Notes under the pieces: generated by a model | Told to the model about the DNA's origin: nothing | Database searches by the model: none | Seen by the model: the letters and a program-made list of their open reading frames with translations, nothing else | Translations under genes and position numbers: made by a program | Origin: Catajapyx aquilonaris | Lineage: Eukaryota | Direction: 5' to 3' | Assembly: GCA_000934665.2 (NCBI GenBank) | Contig: JYFJ02000689.1 | Location: 62,001-115,646, forward strand | Length of the DNA: 53,646 nt | In this document: in pieces, positions 11,933 to 23,583 of the stretch | Layout: each line of letters begins with the position of its first letter | Numbering within the stretch: the stretch's first letter is position 1

Positions 11933-14900
11933 CTAACATCTCGGAGTTCACTTGGATGCTGCAGCTGTACATAGCCATCATCAGTCGAGGCGGCTGAGCG
12001 AGAAACGCTTTACGACAGGCCTCCTTAACGACAGACATGATCTGACCGGAGAATGGCCCATACGGTTGGCTGCCTTCCCTAAACAGGCGGAACACATCAT
12101 CATTTTATAACAAAACCGGTAGAGCAACAGCTTACCCTGCAGCGTCTTTCTCATCCGCAGAATCGCTGATCCTCCAGGTCTCAACCACGAAGCATATTCC
12201 CATCATTGGCTCCTCGCATAAGGGGCCGGCTAATGTGGCCATTTGAAACCCGTTAACAAAGTTGCTGTCAAAGTCGGAGAGCGGACTGGAAGCTTTCTTC
12301 AGATGCGGATCCCACACCGATGGTCGGTTGTACCCGCTGATTCGGTTCAACAGAATGTTCGGTCCGCACCTGCGAGGACCCACGCTCCATATTCGGTGTG
12401 ACGCTTCATGCCATTCGTCGCCTGCTTCGTCAAACGCGGAATCAAGTTCGGTCTGAAGTGTCTTGAGCGACTCGATCGTCTTTTCCGAAAGATGCGGGCA
12501 GTCGGATGAGCTCACTTCTCTGTCCATTGCTCGTAGGAGATCCGGATTTTTTTCCAGGATTGCGGTCACTGCTGGTGGAAGCGGGACTGCACGGATCCGG
12601 ATAACCGAACGCTTGTTGGGGGTTCGAATCTCCACAGTTCCAGATGGATCCGCATCAGGGTCGCTCTTGAGTAGGAAAAGAACTCGTACAGTACAACTTT
12701 ACAGAGACATTGTCACATACCGTACCTTTTCTATTAACTGGTTCGTGTCCTCAATCGCTTCGTTAACCATGTCCATTTTAGGCACTGGAACTACAGTCTC
12801 TCGGAATGGTACGATCGGTTTGGACACATTAATTTCGATTTTCGCAAAGCTGCAAATAGCATAATGTAAAGTACACATTTCATGTTTGATCCAACCTGTA
12901 CTGACCTCTGTTTGAGATCGTCAAGACATCGCTGCAAATGAACTTCCCCTGCCGTAACAAGCACGTGCTCTCCTGTCTCCTGCACGTACACCTGCACACA
13001 TGCGTCCGACTGATTCAGCAGCTTTAACCCTCTGACCAGCTTATGCATGTCCGTCGTGTGGGCCGGCTCGACAGCGACCCGCAAAATGGGCACGGCCATC
13101 AGATTCAGTTCGGTAAAAGCAGGGCAAGCCACGGTCGACGACAAGGTAGCGGACTTCAGCACATGATGTTCAAGACCTCCGATTCCAAGTACATTTCCGG
13201 CCGGTACTTCCTCTAATGATTCGAGCTCACGACCCATTAGTAAGTACAGGTGCGAGACTTCGACCATGGTTATGTGCTGCGTTGATTTCAGGTCCTTCAG
13301 CGTTAACGTCGGATCGATTTCAATACCTGACTTCATCTGAAATTTATATCACATTAGCGTACGTAACGACCATAAACTAACAAAGAGTTTACCTGTTCTA
13401 GTGCGGATTCAGGTTCATGCTTCGGCCCCAAAACGTACAGCTTCTGTCCTTTCCTTATTGTACCGCTGAATACCCGTGCGAACGCCACAAACTGAGTCAT
13501 GTCTTCCTCCTCTTTTGAGCTTTCCTCGTCCTTTTTGGCTTCCTCCGACTTTTTAAGCTCCTCCACTTGCGCTTCAGTCATTTCTTCTCCAGATTCCTTC
13601 TCCGCCGCACTCTGAGCAAGCCTTTCCGCATGCCTTTGCCTCGCAACCGCTCGTCTCCGGGCCAGTTCCTCGGTAGTCAAAGGCTGCATCTTATTCTGCG
13701 GTAAGCTCGCCTTGTCAACCTGTAATTATCCGAAATTAAAAACAATGCAAACTGTGGCGCCTCGCCGACTTACAGGAAACATTTTCGATATGAACACGAT
13801 GAGAGGCGCATCCGCAGCGGACGAGCAGGCAACAAAAGCGTCCCGCAAGTTCTGGGTCTCGGCTGGAAGGCTGTTGAACCGCCGCATTTGCGAGCACATA
13901 AGCTTCTCCGCTCTCTCTTCGATCATTCCCATAGGATTTGGCAGCTTGTGGCACACCATTTCTAGTGTAAAATTTGTTGTCATTAACATGTAACCTTGCC
14001 TAACCACAACTTACCTAAGATAGTAGAAGACAATGGTAACCACTGGCTAAACACAGCTTGCAGTTGAAGTCGATGATCCGAATGCCTCATGTCTCTCTGA
14101 CTCACATTTAGGCCCAAACTTGACACTATTTTTTCCATTGCGATACGATCCTTCCGTACGACTATGGCGTCGTATGCAGCCCATATGTTCTCCAAGACCA
14201 GCTGTACGAACAAGGGCTTCTTCGCCTTCTCCTGGGCTCCCCGCATGACTCGTTTGGACTTGGAGTTGAAGTAGAAGTCGCCCCAAAGTGTCTTTTCCAG
14301 GACGGATCTGTTCAGTTTCAGCTTCGTCGAGTACAGCGATGCGAAGTCGGTGACTCTACAGGAGCGAGCTGTTAGCCGTATTAATGACGGTAAAGCGAGA
14401 GTACTTACCGGAAACCCCAACCGTCGACGGCGCTTGCAAAAGCAACGTTTCCTTGATCAGGCGAGAAGTACAGATGCGAATCATCCATCTCGTCCAGCCC
14501 CAAATTCCAATCGTAAACTTGATCCGCATCGCCTCTCTCCACTTTCTCTTCACTTTTGTTGCTGTCGACTCGTCCCATCACGTCGACCGAGAAAAGTTCA
14601 GCCGTAACCGCATTTACCTACAAATCCAGCAGATTAAGTACAGCAATTACACCTAAAAACGGACACCATACTTGCTCTAAAATTTGTGTCAGATGTACGT
14701 AGGCATCGAGCGGCGTAAACTTCATCTCCAGGATTAGGCGATCAATTTTGTTAATGACCAGAACCGGCTTGATACCTTCGATCCATGCTTGTTTTAAGCA
14801 AATCTGTAAGTTAAAATAATTAGGCCGTTCTTATATAAATTTTAATGCTGCGGTAGCAACCTTTGTTTGAGCGCAAACTCCTTCGACGACATCCACTAAC

Positions 14901-15306
14901 ACGATGGCTCCGTCGCAGATTCTGACAGCCGTCGATACCTCGGAGGAAAAGTCGACATGTCCAGGCGAATCGATTAGGTTAATTAGATATTCCTGCTCGT
15001 CTTGCGATACATGCGTTAATGCGATTGCGCTGCTCTTCATCGTAATACCGCGCTCCTGCTCGTCCTTCCTGCTGTCCAGATATCTGCCGGAAACATAACG
15101 TGTTAACATTAGTTCGTTAACGCTTTTTCAATAATTACTGACTTCAGTTTCCCTGCCAGCCTCTGCGAGATGATCCCGTTGCTTGCGACGAGACTGTCGG
15201 CTAAAGTTGTCTTCCCGTGATCCACATGAGCCAGAATACATATGTTGCGGACATTGCTCGGATTGTGCTGCAACGACGACAGCTTCTCCGTGCTAACACA
15301 CGGCAT
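11933..15306 (-). CDS. EFL1: Elongation factor-like GTPase 1 (EFL1/EFTUD1/Ria1), multi-exon; final exon(s) not found in this window
   Basis: ATG at 15306: MPCVSTEK...[151 protein letters not shown]. About 10 short GT-AG introns keep the frame. The last visible exon ends at a donor G|GTGAGT (11933/11932). Confidence 0.95.
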
Positions 15307-15409
15307 CCTGCAATCACAACAAATATATTCAGAAATGTGGTACTTCTTGCACTTGTTTCTGTGCAAAAAAAACTTCGTAATTAGACTTGTAAAGTAATTA
15401 AAAGTGTCA

Positions 15410-15780
15410 GCATGCCGGGACTTTAAATAGAACGAACCTGGCTGTTTTTTTTCTTTTGTGAGGGCTTGGGCTTTACCTGATGGTTTATCTGCCTCTGGGC
15501 GTTCCTGTGGGCCGGTAGGTTTGGGGCGGAACTCGGGGCGGAACCAGGGGCAGCTCCGGAGCTCTCTAATTACAATTAAAAGTAAATGAGAGTTGGGCAT
15601 GCCGGGACTTTAGACACTTGTTTTTTCTTAAAGAGTAGAAGGAATGTTGGGTTGTTTGTGGCTTACCTGATGGTCTAATGGCCTCGGGGCGATCCCATGG
15701 GCGACCCTAGGGTCCAATAGGTTCGGAACTAAACCTAGGGGCAGAACCTAGGGGCGGAACTAGAGGCAACGGATCACCTG
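15410..15780 (-). repeat. Two tandem copies of a ~190-bp module (GC-rich exon-like block, CAG|GTAA donor, conserved TAAAGTCCCGGCATGC), probably EFL1 5'UTR exons
   Basis: + strand gcatgccgggacttta at 15410 and 15597; ttacctgatgg donors at ~15476 and ~15666; ggggcggaac sub-repeats; an acceptor ttgcag|G lies just before the EFL1 ATG. Confidence 0.65.
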
Positions 15781-15949
15781 AAGATGTTGCACATGCTTAT
15801 GAAACATGCATATTTTTTTAAATTCATATTTATTAAAAGCAAGCCTCCCCTCTGTTGCTCTCTAAAATTATTTAAACGTTAAAAATGGCATTTTAATGTT
15901 TAATATTTAATAATTTTTTATATAACTAATTTCGAGATACATCTGGTCA

Positions 15950-16280
15950 CCTTTTTCGGCCGGTAGATGGCACGGCGTGGTATTGACCTACAAATTCTTA
16001 TAGAATTGGCTTGGCGTGACTCTGTCCTTACAAACTCATGACCTAGGTGCATGTAGTTCCCCCATTCTAATAACGGCAGGACACAACAGGTTCACTCTCT
16101 ATAGTACAGGTGGGCTTTGTCCGGGCGGAAACTCATCACCAACGTGCAATACTTGTGACCTTGGAGGATAGAGTGGAACTGGACAACCGGAAGTGGTCTG
16201 TCACCGAAAGTTGACCATTTAACCTAATCAGGGTCCGCTGAATCCGAATCCGAAAACCGTTTGTCGCTATCTCTTGCGGT
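15950..16280. promoter_or_regulatory. Putative EFL1 promoter region
   Basis: CCGGTAGATGGCAC (15960-15973) is a 13/14 match to the CTCF consensus CCASYAGRKGGCRS; ETS-like ACCGGAAGTG at ~16186; GC-box gggcgg at ~16123. Motif-level evidence only. Confidence 0.3.
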
Positions 16281-16489
16281 TTAAGCCCTGACACATGTCC
16301 ACGGACGGACACACGAACAGAGCCGTTCTACAACCACATTTTTCGATGAGTAAAAGTCATCTTTGTTTGTCTGTAATTTTATTTGTAAAATAATTAGTAA
16401 AGCTACAATGGTCAGAATGTAATGTAGCCATTTTTTTTTTTTGGGGGGGGGGGGGGGGNGGGGGGGACATAAAATGTATACATAGCACC

Positions 16490-17599
16490 TCATTTCTTGT
16501 CAATATTATTTGACTTTTTGCTGTCAACGGGACGCGGCATCGACGACGGTACCCATTGAAGCATAAAGTCATGGCTGTCGATCGTCGGATCCTCCAGAGC
16601 ACCGCGAATGTTGTCATCGACCAGACTCATGTGAGATGCTCCTGGGATCAATTTCCCGCTGGACTTGTTCTCCTTCGGCGATTCTTCAGCAGGCATCTTC
16701 AGATTCACATGAGACACTGAGGATTGTTCGCTGGACTCATTGGACTGATTCCGACTCATCCATTCGTCGGACTGCTTCTCCTCTTGGGACATCATACGCA
16801 CCACGGCCGGCTGGACCATCATGGACAGTTTGGGCATTTCGTCTACGACAGTGCCTTCAGATGCCTTCGGTCCATCCATAGGAGCCAGCAGTGTCACCAG
16901 AGACAAGTCGGGCTCATCGCTGCTCTGGGACATCCAAGTCAGGACGCTAACCTGTGAGTCCGAACGACTCAGACTCCCCTCGGGCGTACCCTGCTCGCTG
17001 GGAACAGTCGACACTGACGTCCCGCTTACTGTCCAGGACCTCACGCTAGGCTCGGACGCCTCGGATATGAGGCTGGTCCTGGACAATCCAACAGACAGCA
17101 TCTCCATTTCGGTCATCAGATGCTCGCTGGACAGCCCGAGCGTCCGGCTTATGTCGGATGCCTCGCTTTCTTCCTCCGTCTCGGACCCAACGCTAATACG
17201 TGATACGGTCGTCACGGCGATGTCGGACGTCCCGGAACTCAAGCTGGACGTCTCAGCAGCCGCCTCTGAATCCTCCGGTCCTAGCTCGGACAACGCGGCC
17301 GTCAACTCCGCCTCGGACATCCAGGCGATCGGGCTAATCTCGAACAGCGCGTCCGCCAGGTTCGTCCTGGACATCCAAGCAGTCGGACCCTTCTCGTACC
17401 TCTCCGTGATCTCTTGGCTAATCCTGTCCTTCCTGTCCTGTTCCGCCTTCTGCAGAGTCTGGAGTGCTGCGCGGGTCATTTCGGCCTTCACAGCATCCAG
17501 GACGCTGTGGTCCTCAGTCTTCGTCTTCTTCTTTGTCCGAACTGCTTCGTCTAAGTCGGGGACACCTTCGATTGGTCTTTGGTCGAACAGGGTGTCATG
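16490..17599 (-). CDS. Uncharacterised Ser/Glu/Thr-rich, probably disordered protein; large terminal exon (~370 codons), upstream exon uncertain (possibly ~17710-17894)
   Basis: Long GC-rich ORF beginning after the acceptor ttcctgcaacag|CATGAC (HDTLFDQRPIEGVPDLDEAVRT...), stop at 16490; repeated WMS motifs; no recognisable domain. Confidence 0.6.
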   Translation of the reverse strand, partial: HDTLFDQRPIEGVPDLDEAVRTKKKTKTEDHSVLDAVKAEMTRAALQTLQKAEQDRKDRISQEITERYEKGPTAWMSRTNLADALFEISPIAWMSEAELTAALSELGPEDSEAAAETSSLSSGTSDIAVTTVSRISVGSETEEESEASDISRTLGLSSEHLMTEMEMLSVGLSRTSLISEASEPSVRSWTVSGTSVSTVPSEQGTPEGSLSRSDSQVSVLTWMSQSSDEPDLSLVTLLAPMDGPKASEGTVVDEMPKLSMMVQPAVVRMMSQEEKQSDEWMSRNQSNESSEQSSVSHVNLKMPAEESPKENKSSGKLIPGASHMSLVDDNIRGALEDPTIDSHDFMLQWVPSSMPRPVDSKKSNNIDKK

Positions 17600-18074
17600 C
17601 TGTTGCAGGAAAATTTGGGTTTAAAAAAAACACACACAGTCGAGGAGATGGTAGCAGAACCTGAAGCTAAAATTAGCCTCATAAGGCCTTCTCTACGAAT
17701 AATTAGGCACCAACTTGCCAAAAATCATTTGGCATCGAAGCGACATCCAACGGTGAGGTGCAGAAGTAAGCGAGTCACCACCCAGGAGGTGGCGCCCTGG
17801 CGCCCGGAACGGCGGAAATGAGAACTCCGTGGAACGGACGTGGTCGGGTTTCTTTTGCGTTGTTTTAAAAAGTTTTACAAAGTCCCTCGGCATCGTTTCC
17901 AAAAAATAAAAGTGGTTTGCAAACATAGAAAACACTGGCAAAATTTGGACACCACTCCCAAATCTGTAGGCCGTACGGTGCGGGAGGAGTTTCCATAACA
18001 GTCGGCTTTTAATAATGTAGATTATCGCTCTAATGGACTGACAAGTGCGGAGGCTAGTTTCAGCTTCATGTCTG

Positions 18075-21000
18075 CTACCTTTCAGTTGGCCAAATAAGAT
18101 TATTCAGCATTACTATAACTTCAGCCGGATGCTTCTTCACGATCAGTTCGTCTGCCATCGCGAGCCCTTGAGACAGAGGAAGGAACACCGACTTCTTCAT
18201 GTACCTGCGTAGAGGCATGTCCCACGATGCCAAGTGGGCCTTCCTTGCAGCTTTAACTTCGTCCAGTTTTACGGCCTGTTTAAGAAAACTGGCGGTCACA
18301 AATTGGGGAGCAAATAATTATTAACAACAGAAAAGAAGAAGAAAACCTGCCCATTTTATCTGCTGGATCTTCCTGGCATCCTCGATGGCCAACAGCTTCG
18401 CCAAGGCCTCTCCTTCCTTCTTCCTCTCCTTGGCCAGCTCCACTTCCTTGGCAGCCTTCAGACGGGCTTCAATCACCTCGGGAGGATCGCCTTGAGTATA
18501 ATGAGAGGCAGGTCTTGAAACTTCAAGGAGTAAGGTAGCAGACCTGAGGCTCAAATTAGCCTTTCGAACGACTCATGACGAGAGGATCGAGTTTGAGCTT
18601 CAGGGCTGCTATACCAGACTCCTGCTTTTCCTCGACTGCTCATCGAAACTGACCGTAGTTCTTCGGCTTCCCGACGAAGTCCTTGATGAGCTGCGTGATT
18701 TTGAGGAACAGCTCGTCGCTGTCCACGTGGAAGGTGCACGGGTTCAGTCCCTCCTCGTCGAAGAACTTCACCACCTTGCTGTACGGCTGGTTGTTCATAC
18801 GGTAGACCTTCAGGTAGGCGGCGAATCGGTCCTCGGAGAAGCGGGTCATTGCCAGCGTCTTCTCCGGAAGATGTCTCATGCGAGTTATCAGGAAGTTGTC
18901 GTCCGCGTCCAGATAGAAAACATAGTCTGGAAAACAAAAATAGTTGAAACACTACACCGTTGTAATATATACCAGACAGAACTTTTCTAACCTGGCATGA
19001 TGGCCGCGACTTCCAGGGATTCAATTTCGTCGCCTCCAGATGCTACAAAGAGGGCCTCTGCGTTCCTGAGGGTGGTTGGGTATCCGTCCAGGACGAAGCC
19101 TTGGTTCTGGCATGGGTGGCTCAACAGCTTCATTTTCATCAGTCTATATATAGAACGGGAGTCAATTCAGCAAAAAAATCTTCAGTCCCATTGAAGTCTC
19201 ACGGAAGATCTTTAGCCTACTACGCGACGAATTGGCGGGGGTGGAAGAGGGACAGAACGAATGGGTTGGACAGAATATTGGCAAAGCCACGATAGCGTTC
19301 GTTCGAGCAGCCTCTGTTCCCCTCCCTTGTGAAGGGTGTCCCTCTTGGGTGTGCCCGTGTTGGCTCCCCGCCACTCCGTCGCGTAATAGGAAAGATCAGC
19401 CCAATTCGAATATAACGAGCAGACAGAGCGTACTTGGTGAGCATTTCCTCGGAGAGGTTGCCATTGTTATCGGCTAGGTCCGTCTCCAAGTCGAGGAGAA
19501 ATTGCTTCGCCTCCTCTATTTCATTCTCCAGGTCTGGGTCCCTGTCGTCTTCATCCTCGGCGTCCTCCTGGGAGGCGTCGCGGTCGTCGTCGTCTTCGTT
19601 CACAAAGGTGATCTGGGACATTATCGTCAGCCGAGCCCTCTCCGAGGCCACTATGGCGTTGGTCTTCGCGTGGTGAAGCTTGAAGTGTTCGCACAGGTTG
19701 GCGGCCAACCCGGTCTTTCCGACTCCAGGTGGTCCCAAAATGCATATCTTCACGGCCTTGAAGATATGGGAGGGGTGGAAAATAATATTAAACATATATC
19801 TTACCTATAAAAGGGAAAGTGGGGCGGCATGGTAAAGATCATCCCAACACCTACCTCAAGTTTCCTCCAGAGCTTGAACTCATCCACCAGCTTCTTCGAC
19901 ATTGGAGGAAAGCCTTCTTCGTTCGTCCACATGATGCTCAGGATGTCCCTGGCCACCACGGGTTCGAACTGCAGGTTGACCATGGCCTTGTCCATCTCGT
20001 CCCTCGTGAACCCTTCCACTGAATTCGGGGCCTCGGGCACTGGCCCATTTGTCACCAAACCTGCCCCGAGTGCTCGGCTGATGGTCCTCACTATGATCTT
20101 CTGAGTCATCCTCACCATGTCGGTGGCCAGTATGTACGTCGGTTCCGGATGCAGCTCGATGAGGTTCTGCACTATCCTGAAGGAGAAAAAAAAAAGTATA
20201 TAACCTTTTGTGCCTCTCAAAACGAACCCAATTATTGTCACTTACATAGCTACATCCAGCACATAGATGGTGGGGACGAAGTTTTTACCAGTTCCAAATA
20301 ATGTGAGTATAGGTGTGTTGTGCCAAGCATCTTTGAACCACTGGTGAAAGACCCGTTCTCCCATGCCATACACAACTCCACAGCACACCACATAAGTCTT
20401 GAATTTACCAATCTGAAGAACAACAAAATAAATAATTTCGTTATTACTTGGACATAACCTATGTGAAATGTAAGTCAATAACCTGCTTTCCAGCATGAAT
20501 CACTTTCTTCTCAGCAGTAAGATGATCCTCAAAGTTATCGTGGGCCTTCCTGCGTGGACAGTCAGATTCGGTGAAGAAATTGTCTTCATCGTCTGCTTCG
20601 CCCTGAAATTTCACCAAAATGTAACAGTGTACCTTGACTATACAACAAGTCTTATAGTATTATCTCTACATAGAGCAAATTGAGAACCTGACCGAAGCTC
20701 CACCAAGCTGACTGTTGGCCCAGGTCATGACCGTTGACAGAAGGATGAACCGTCTCTTCACCTTGGTTGCTTTCAAGGATTTGCACAGTAGCTCCAGTAC
20801 AGTTTCCATCTCTTGGATCTGAGAACGATCCTCTGTGATGTCGTACACAATCGTGTTGTAATTGCACAATTCGCGAGCCATACGTTTCAGATCAGTGTTG
20901 TCTAATATACGTGAGACATGACTGGGTGGTATATCATCCGGGTTTTTGAGTGTTCCAACCACCTTGTAGGTTCTTCCATTTCGATTGCCCTCCAATGCTG

Positions 21001-21241
21001 CTTCGGCTGACACGATTGAACCCACTATAGTGTTAGCCAGGTGCTGCAAAAAAAACCACAGTTTAAAATAACCATCCTATAATTATACATCATATTATTT
21101 TACCCGCACCAGAGACACATGCTTGCTCAGGTAGCTGTCGACGTGATTCATGAACACAACGTTCTCCTCCACTTCCTCGTCACAGTTCCAAGTAATACCA
21201 TCTTCTCCTGTGTCTGTCGCCTTATTTGCTCTCGTGTCCAT
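18075..21241 (-). CDS. AK7: Adenylate kinase 7-like (ciliary/flagellar), ~10 exons
   Basis: VFMNHVDSY, FILLSTVMTWA, RRKAHDNFEDHLTAEK, FKTYVVCCGVVYG, FVPTIYVLDVA, P-loop KICILGPPGVGKT, PCQNQGFVLDGYP, GKPKNYG and a C-terminal Dpy-30-like MPLRRYMKKSVFLPLSQGL; the exons splice in frame. Confidence 0.88.
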
Positions 21242-21879
21242 TTCGAGTGCTCACAATATTATAGGTTCTAAATGAGAGTCTGACACAACAATTTTAGGCC
21301 TTGATAATGAATCAACACTCACTTTTGCTAGTTACCTAGTTATTATAAATCAACAAATAAACATTCTGGCCGCCTTAATTATGGATATTGAAATTTTGTG
21401 GTACCTATACAAATTTATTAATTTTATGCAGTACAGTACTGCACAGCTCCCACCGAGGCTATAAGATTTGATTAGGCGAATGTGCGATCGATCCACAGTC
21501 CATATTAGCACCCTTCAAATAGGCCTCACGACTATACGCCACACACATGAAGGCGTTGAAATTAGTGAACAGGGCACTTTGTTAAAATTAGTATGACCTT
21601 AAGATAATTGAGTTACGGAGCATAATTTGAGGTAAGTGCAGTAGGAATTAATAGTCTTGTTATTCCCTCGCTGCCACGCTGGCAGTCTATAGTTCCACCT
21701 CTTAAATCACTTAAAGGCTCTATGCTGCTGAGTGCCCTTTGGGAACAATAAGCTTCCAGCAAATTACCATAGGCTCATATCTGATTTGGTAGCTAATGGT
21801 CGTTGCTGAGTGCTTCTTAGAAATTCTGCGCAGTATTAAATACGTGGCACCGAATAATAATGTTAGTGAGGCAGCAGTC

Positions 21880-23295
21880 ATGGGGTCTATTGGACGTGTG
21901 TTGGTATGGCTGGTGATCACCGTGGGAATAGTGTTGGGAAATAACATTATCCTGGACAAGGATTCGGAGGAGGACGAGTCTATGTCCCGACTGGTGGGAC
22001 ACGTCCTTCGGAGGGTGGATCTGGCTGAATGCACGCTGGTCACCGCCACCGATTCAGTCTCCTTTAGCGTCCCGATTCAGAAGCTCCTGATCGGACACTC
22101 GGACAGGTACCTGCTGCAGAACAAGTCGGATGCCCTACCAGTCATTCTACCTTCGGCGGAATCATACTCAGTCATGAATATCGGCCTGCCTTACATGTTC
22201 GCCTATGGAGCGGGTCTGACCCGAATCCCCAGACGAATAGTGACCTGGAAGGTGATCTTCATGCCTTATCCCCTCCTGGTTTGGGCCTTGATTGCATTCA
22301 GCTTGATCACGCTGTTCATTTCCTCTCGTTACATATCCAGATGGAGAAGCACATCTACCACCAGTACTCTTTCCCTCTCAAAATCAGTGGGTCTCATTTT
22401 GCGAACTCTGATGGAGCAAAGCATGAATTTGACAGGAACCCATTTCTCAATCGCTTTCACAGCGGGTATGCTGATGTTTGTCACTGTGATCATCACCGGT
22501 TACAAGGCCAAACTAGTGTCATTCCTAACCTGGCCTCCGGAAGAGTTTGTTCCAAACACCGTACAAGAAGTGATTGATTCCCAATGGGATGTGGAAGCAG
22601 ATGTCTTGAACTATCTTCTCATACACCATTATGGGAAAGGATCCGAAGATCCCCATCTTACTGCAATATGTGAACGTCTGAATTTAATGGGAACTATTCA
22701 GGATTGTTTGCAGAAAACACCATGAGATAATGTAGTGCGCTTCGGATTGAGCATTCTCATGAAGCGAGAAACGTATCTTCACACTAGTAGTAACGGGGCA
22801 CTGAAGCTTCAGTACATCAATGAAAGGTTGGCACCTGGGTTTGCCTTTACTGGCACTGCTAAGGGCCAAACCCAATTGTTTCGAATTCTAAAAAAAGTTG
22901 CGAACATGCTTATGGAGGGCAATTTAATGGATACGTTCATCGAGCACGAGAAGTACATGAACTTCATCCGCAACCTCAAGAGGATCAATGAGGCGGAAGA
23001 GATCGCTGCCAAGACGTACGTTCGAGATGAAGTGATGACAATGGCCAAGTTGGAAGCTATATTCAACATGTGGATTCTTTTCCTGTTGGGTTGCACCCTG
23101 GTGTTGGTGGCGGAAATAGCAATTTTCCATGGTATCATCAGATCCTCTGAAAGAAGTGGCACTATTGTTTCCTCCTACATTAACCGTTGCATTAACCCAC
23201 GAAATATTTCGAACCAAAACATCCCTGATCAAACTGCAAAGATATCCGCTTCATCAAAAGTAACACATATGGACAATGGTCACACTCGAAATTGA
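21880..23295 (+). pseudogene. Intronless divergent ionotropic receptor (IR)-like gene with one in-frame TGA (22723-22725) and a shortened N-terminal/S1 region
   Basis: Signal peptide; IR-type pre-M1/M1 (WKVIFMPYPLLVW), pore (LRTLMEQS), M2 (IITGYKAKLVSFLTWP...PNTVQEV), S2 and M3 (MTMAKLEAIFNMWILFLLGCTLVLVAEI). ORFs 21796-22725 and 22735-23295 share one frame. Confidence 0.75.
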
Positions 23296-23583
23296 TCTTA
23301 TGTATATTACTTATTCAACATAATATCAATAAGAAATTTACGGGGAAAGAGTAACAAGTCTGACGGGGTAGAGAGCCATTATAGGAGCTCCTATATGGAT
23401 TGGTGATATAATTTGGGGGCATAAAATGATTTCTGTTCATGTAACATCTTTGCATTTTGAAGGGGGTCCCGTTTAAGTATGAAGTGGATGCCAGGGTTAA
23501 ACATAATTTGAAATGTTTGTTTGTTTTGCCATTGGATTAAGAGACACCACTCATCTTAATGATCCCTTCCATATATTTGACAG

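Noticed and set aside
16821..17624. 267-aa + strand ORF
   Set aside because: Antisense shadow of the GC-rich Ser-rich gene; no independent domain or splice support.
22723..22725. Selenocysteine recoding of the IR TGA
   Set aside because: No SECIS-like stem recognised downstream, and IRs are not known selenoproteins.
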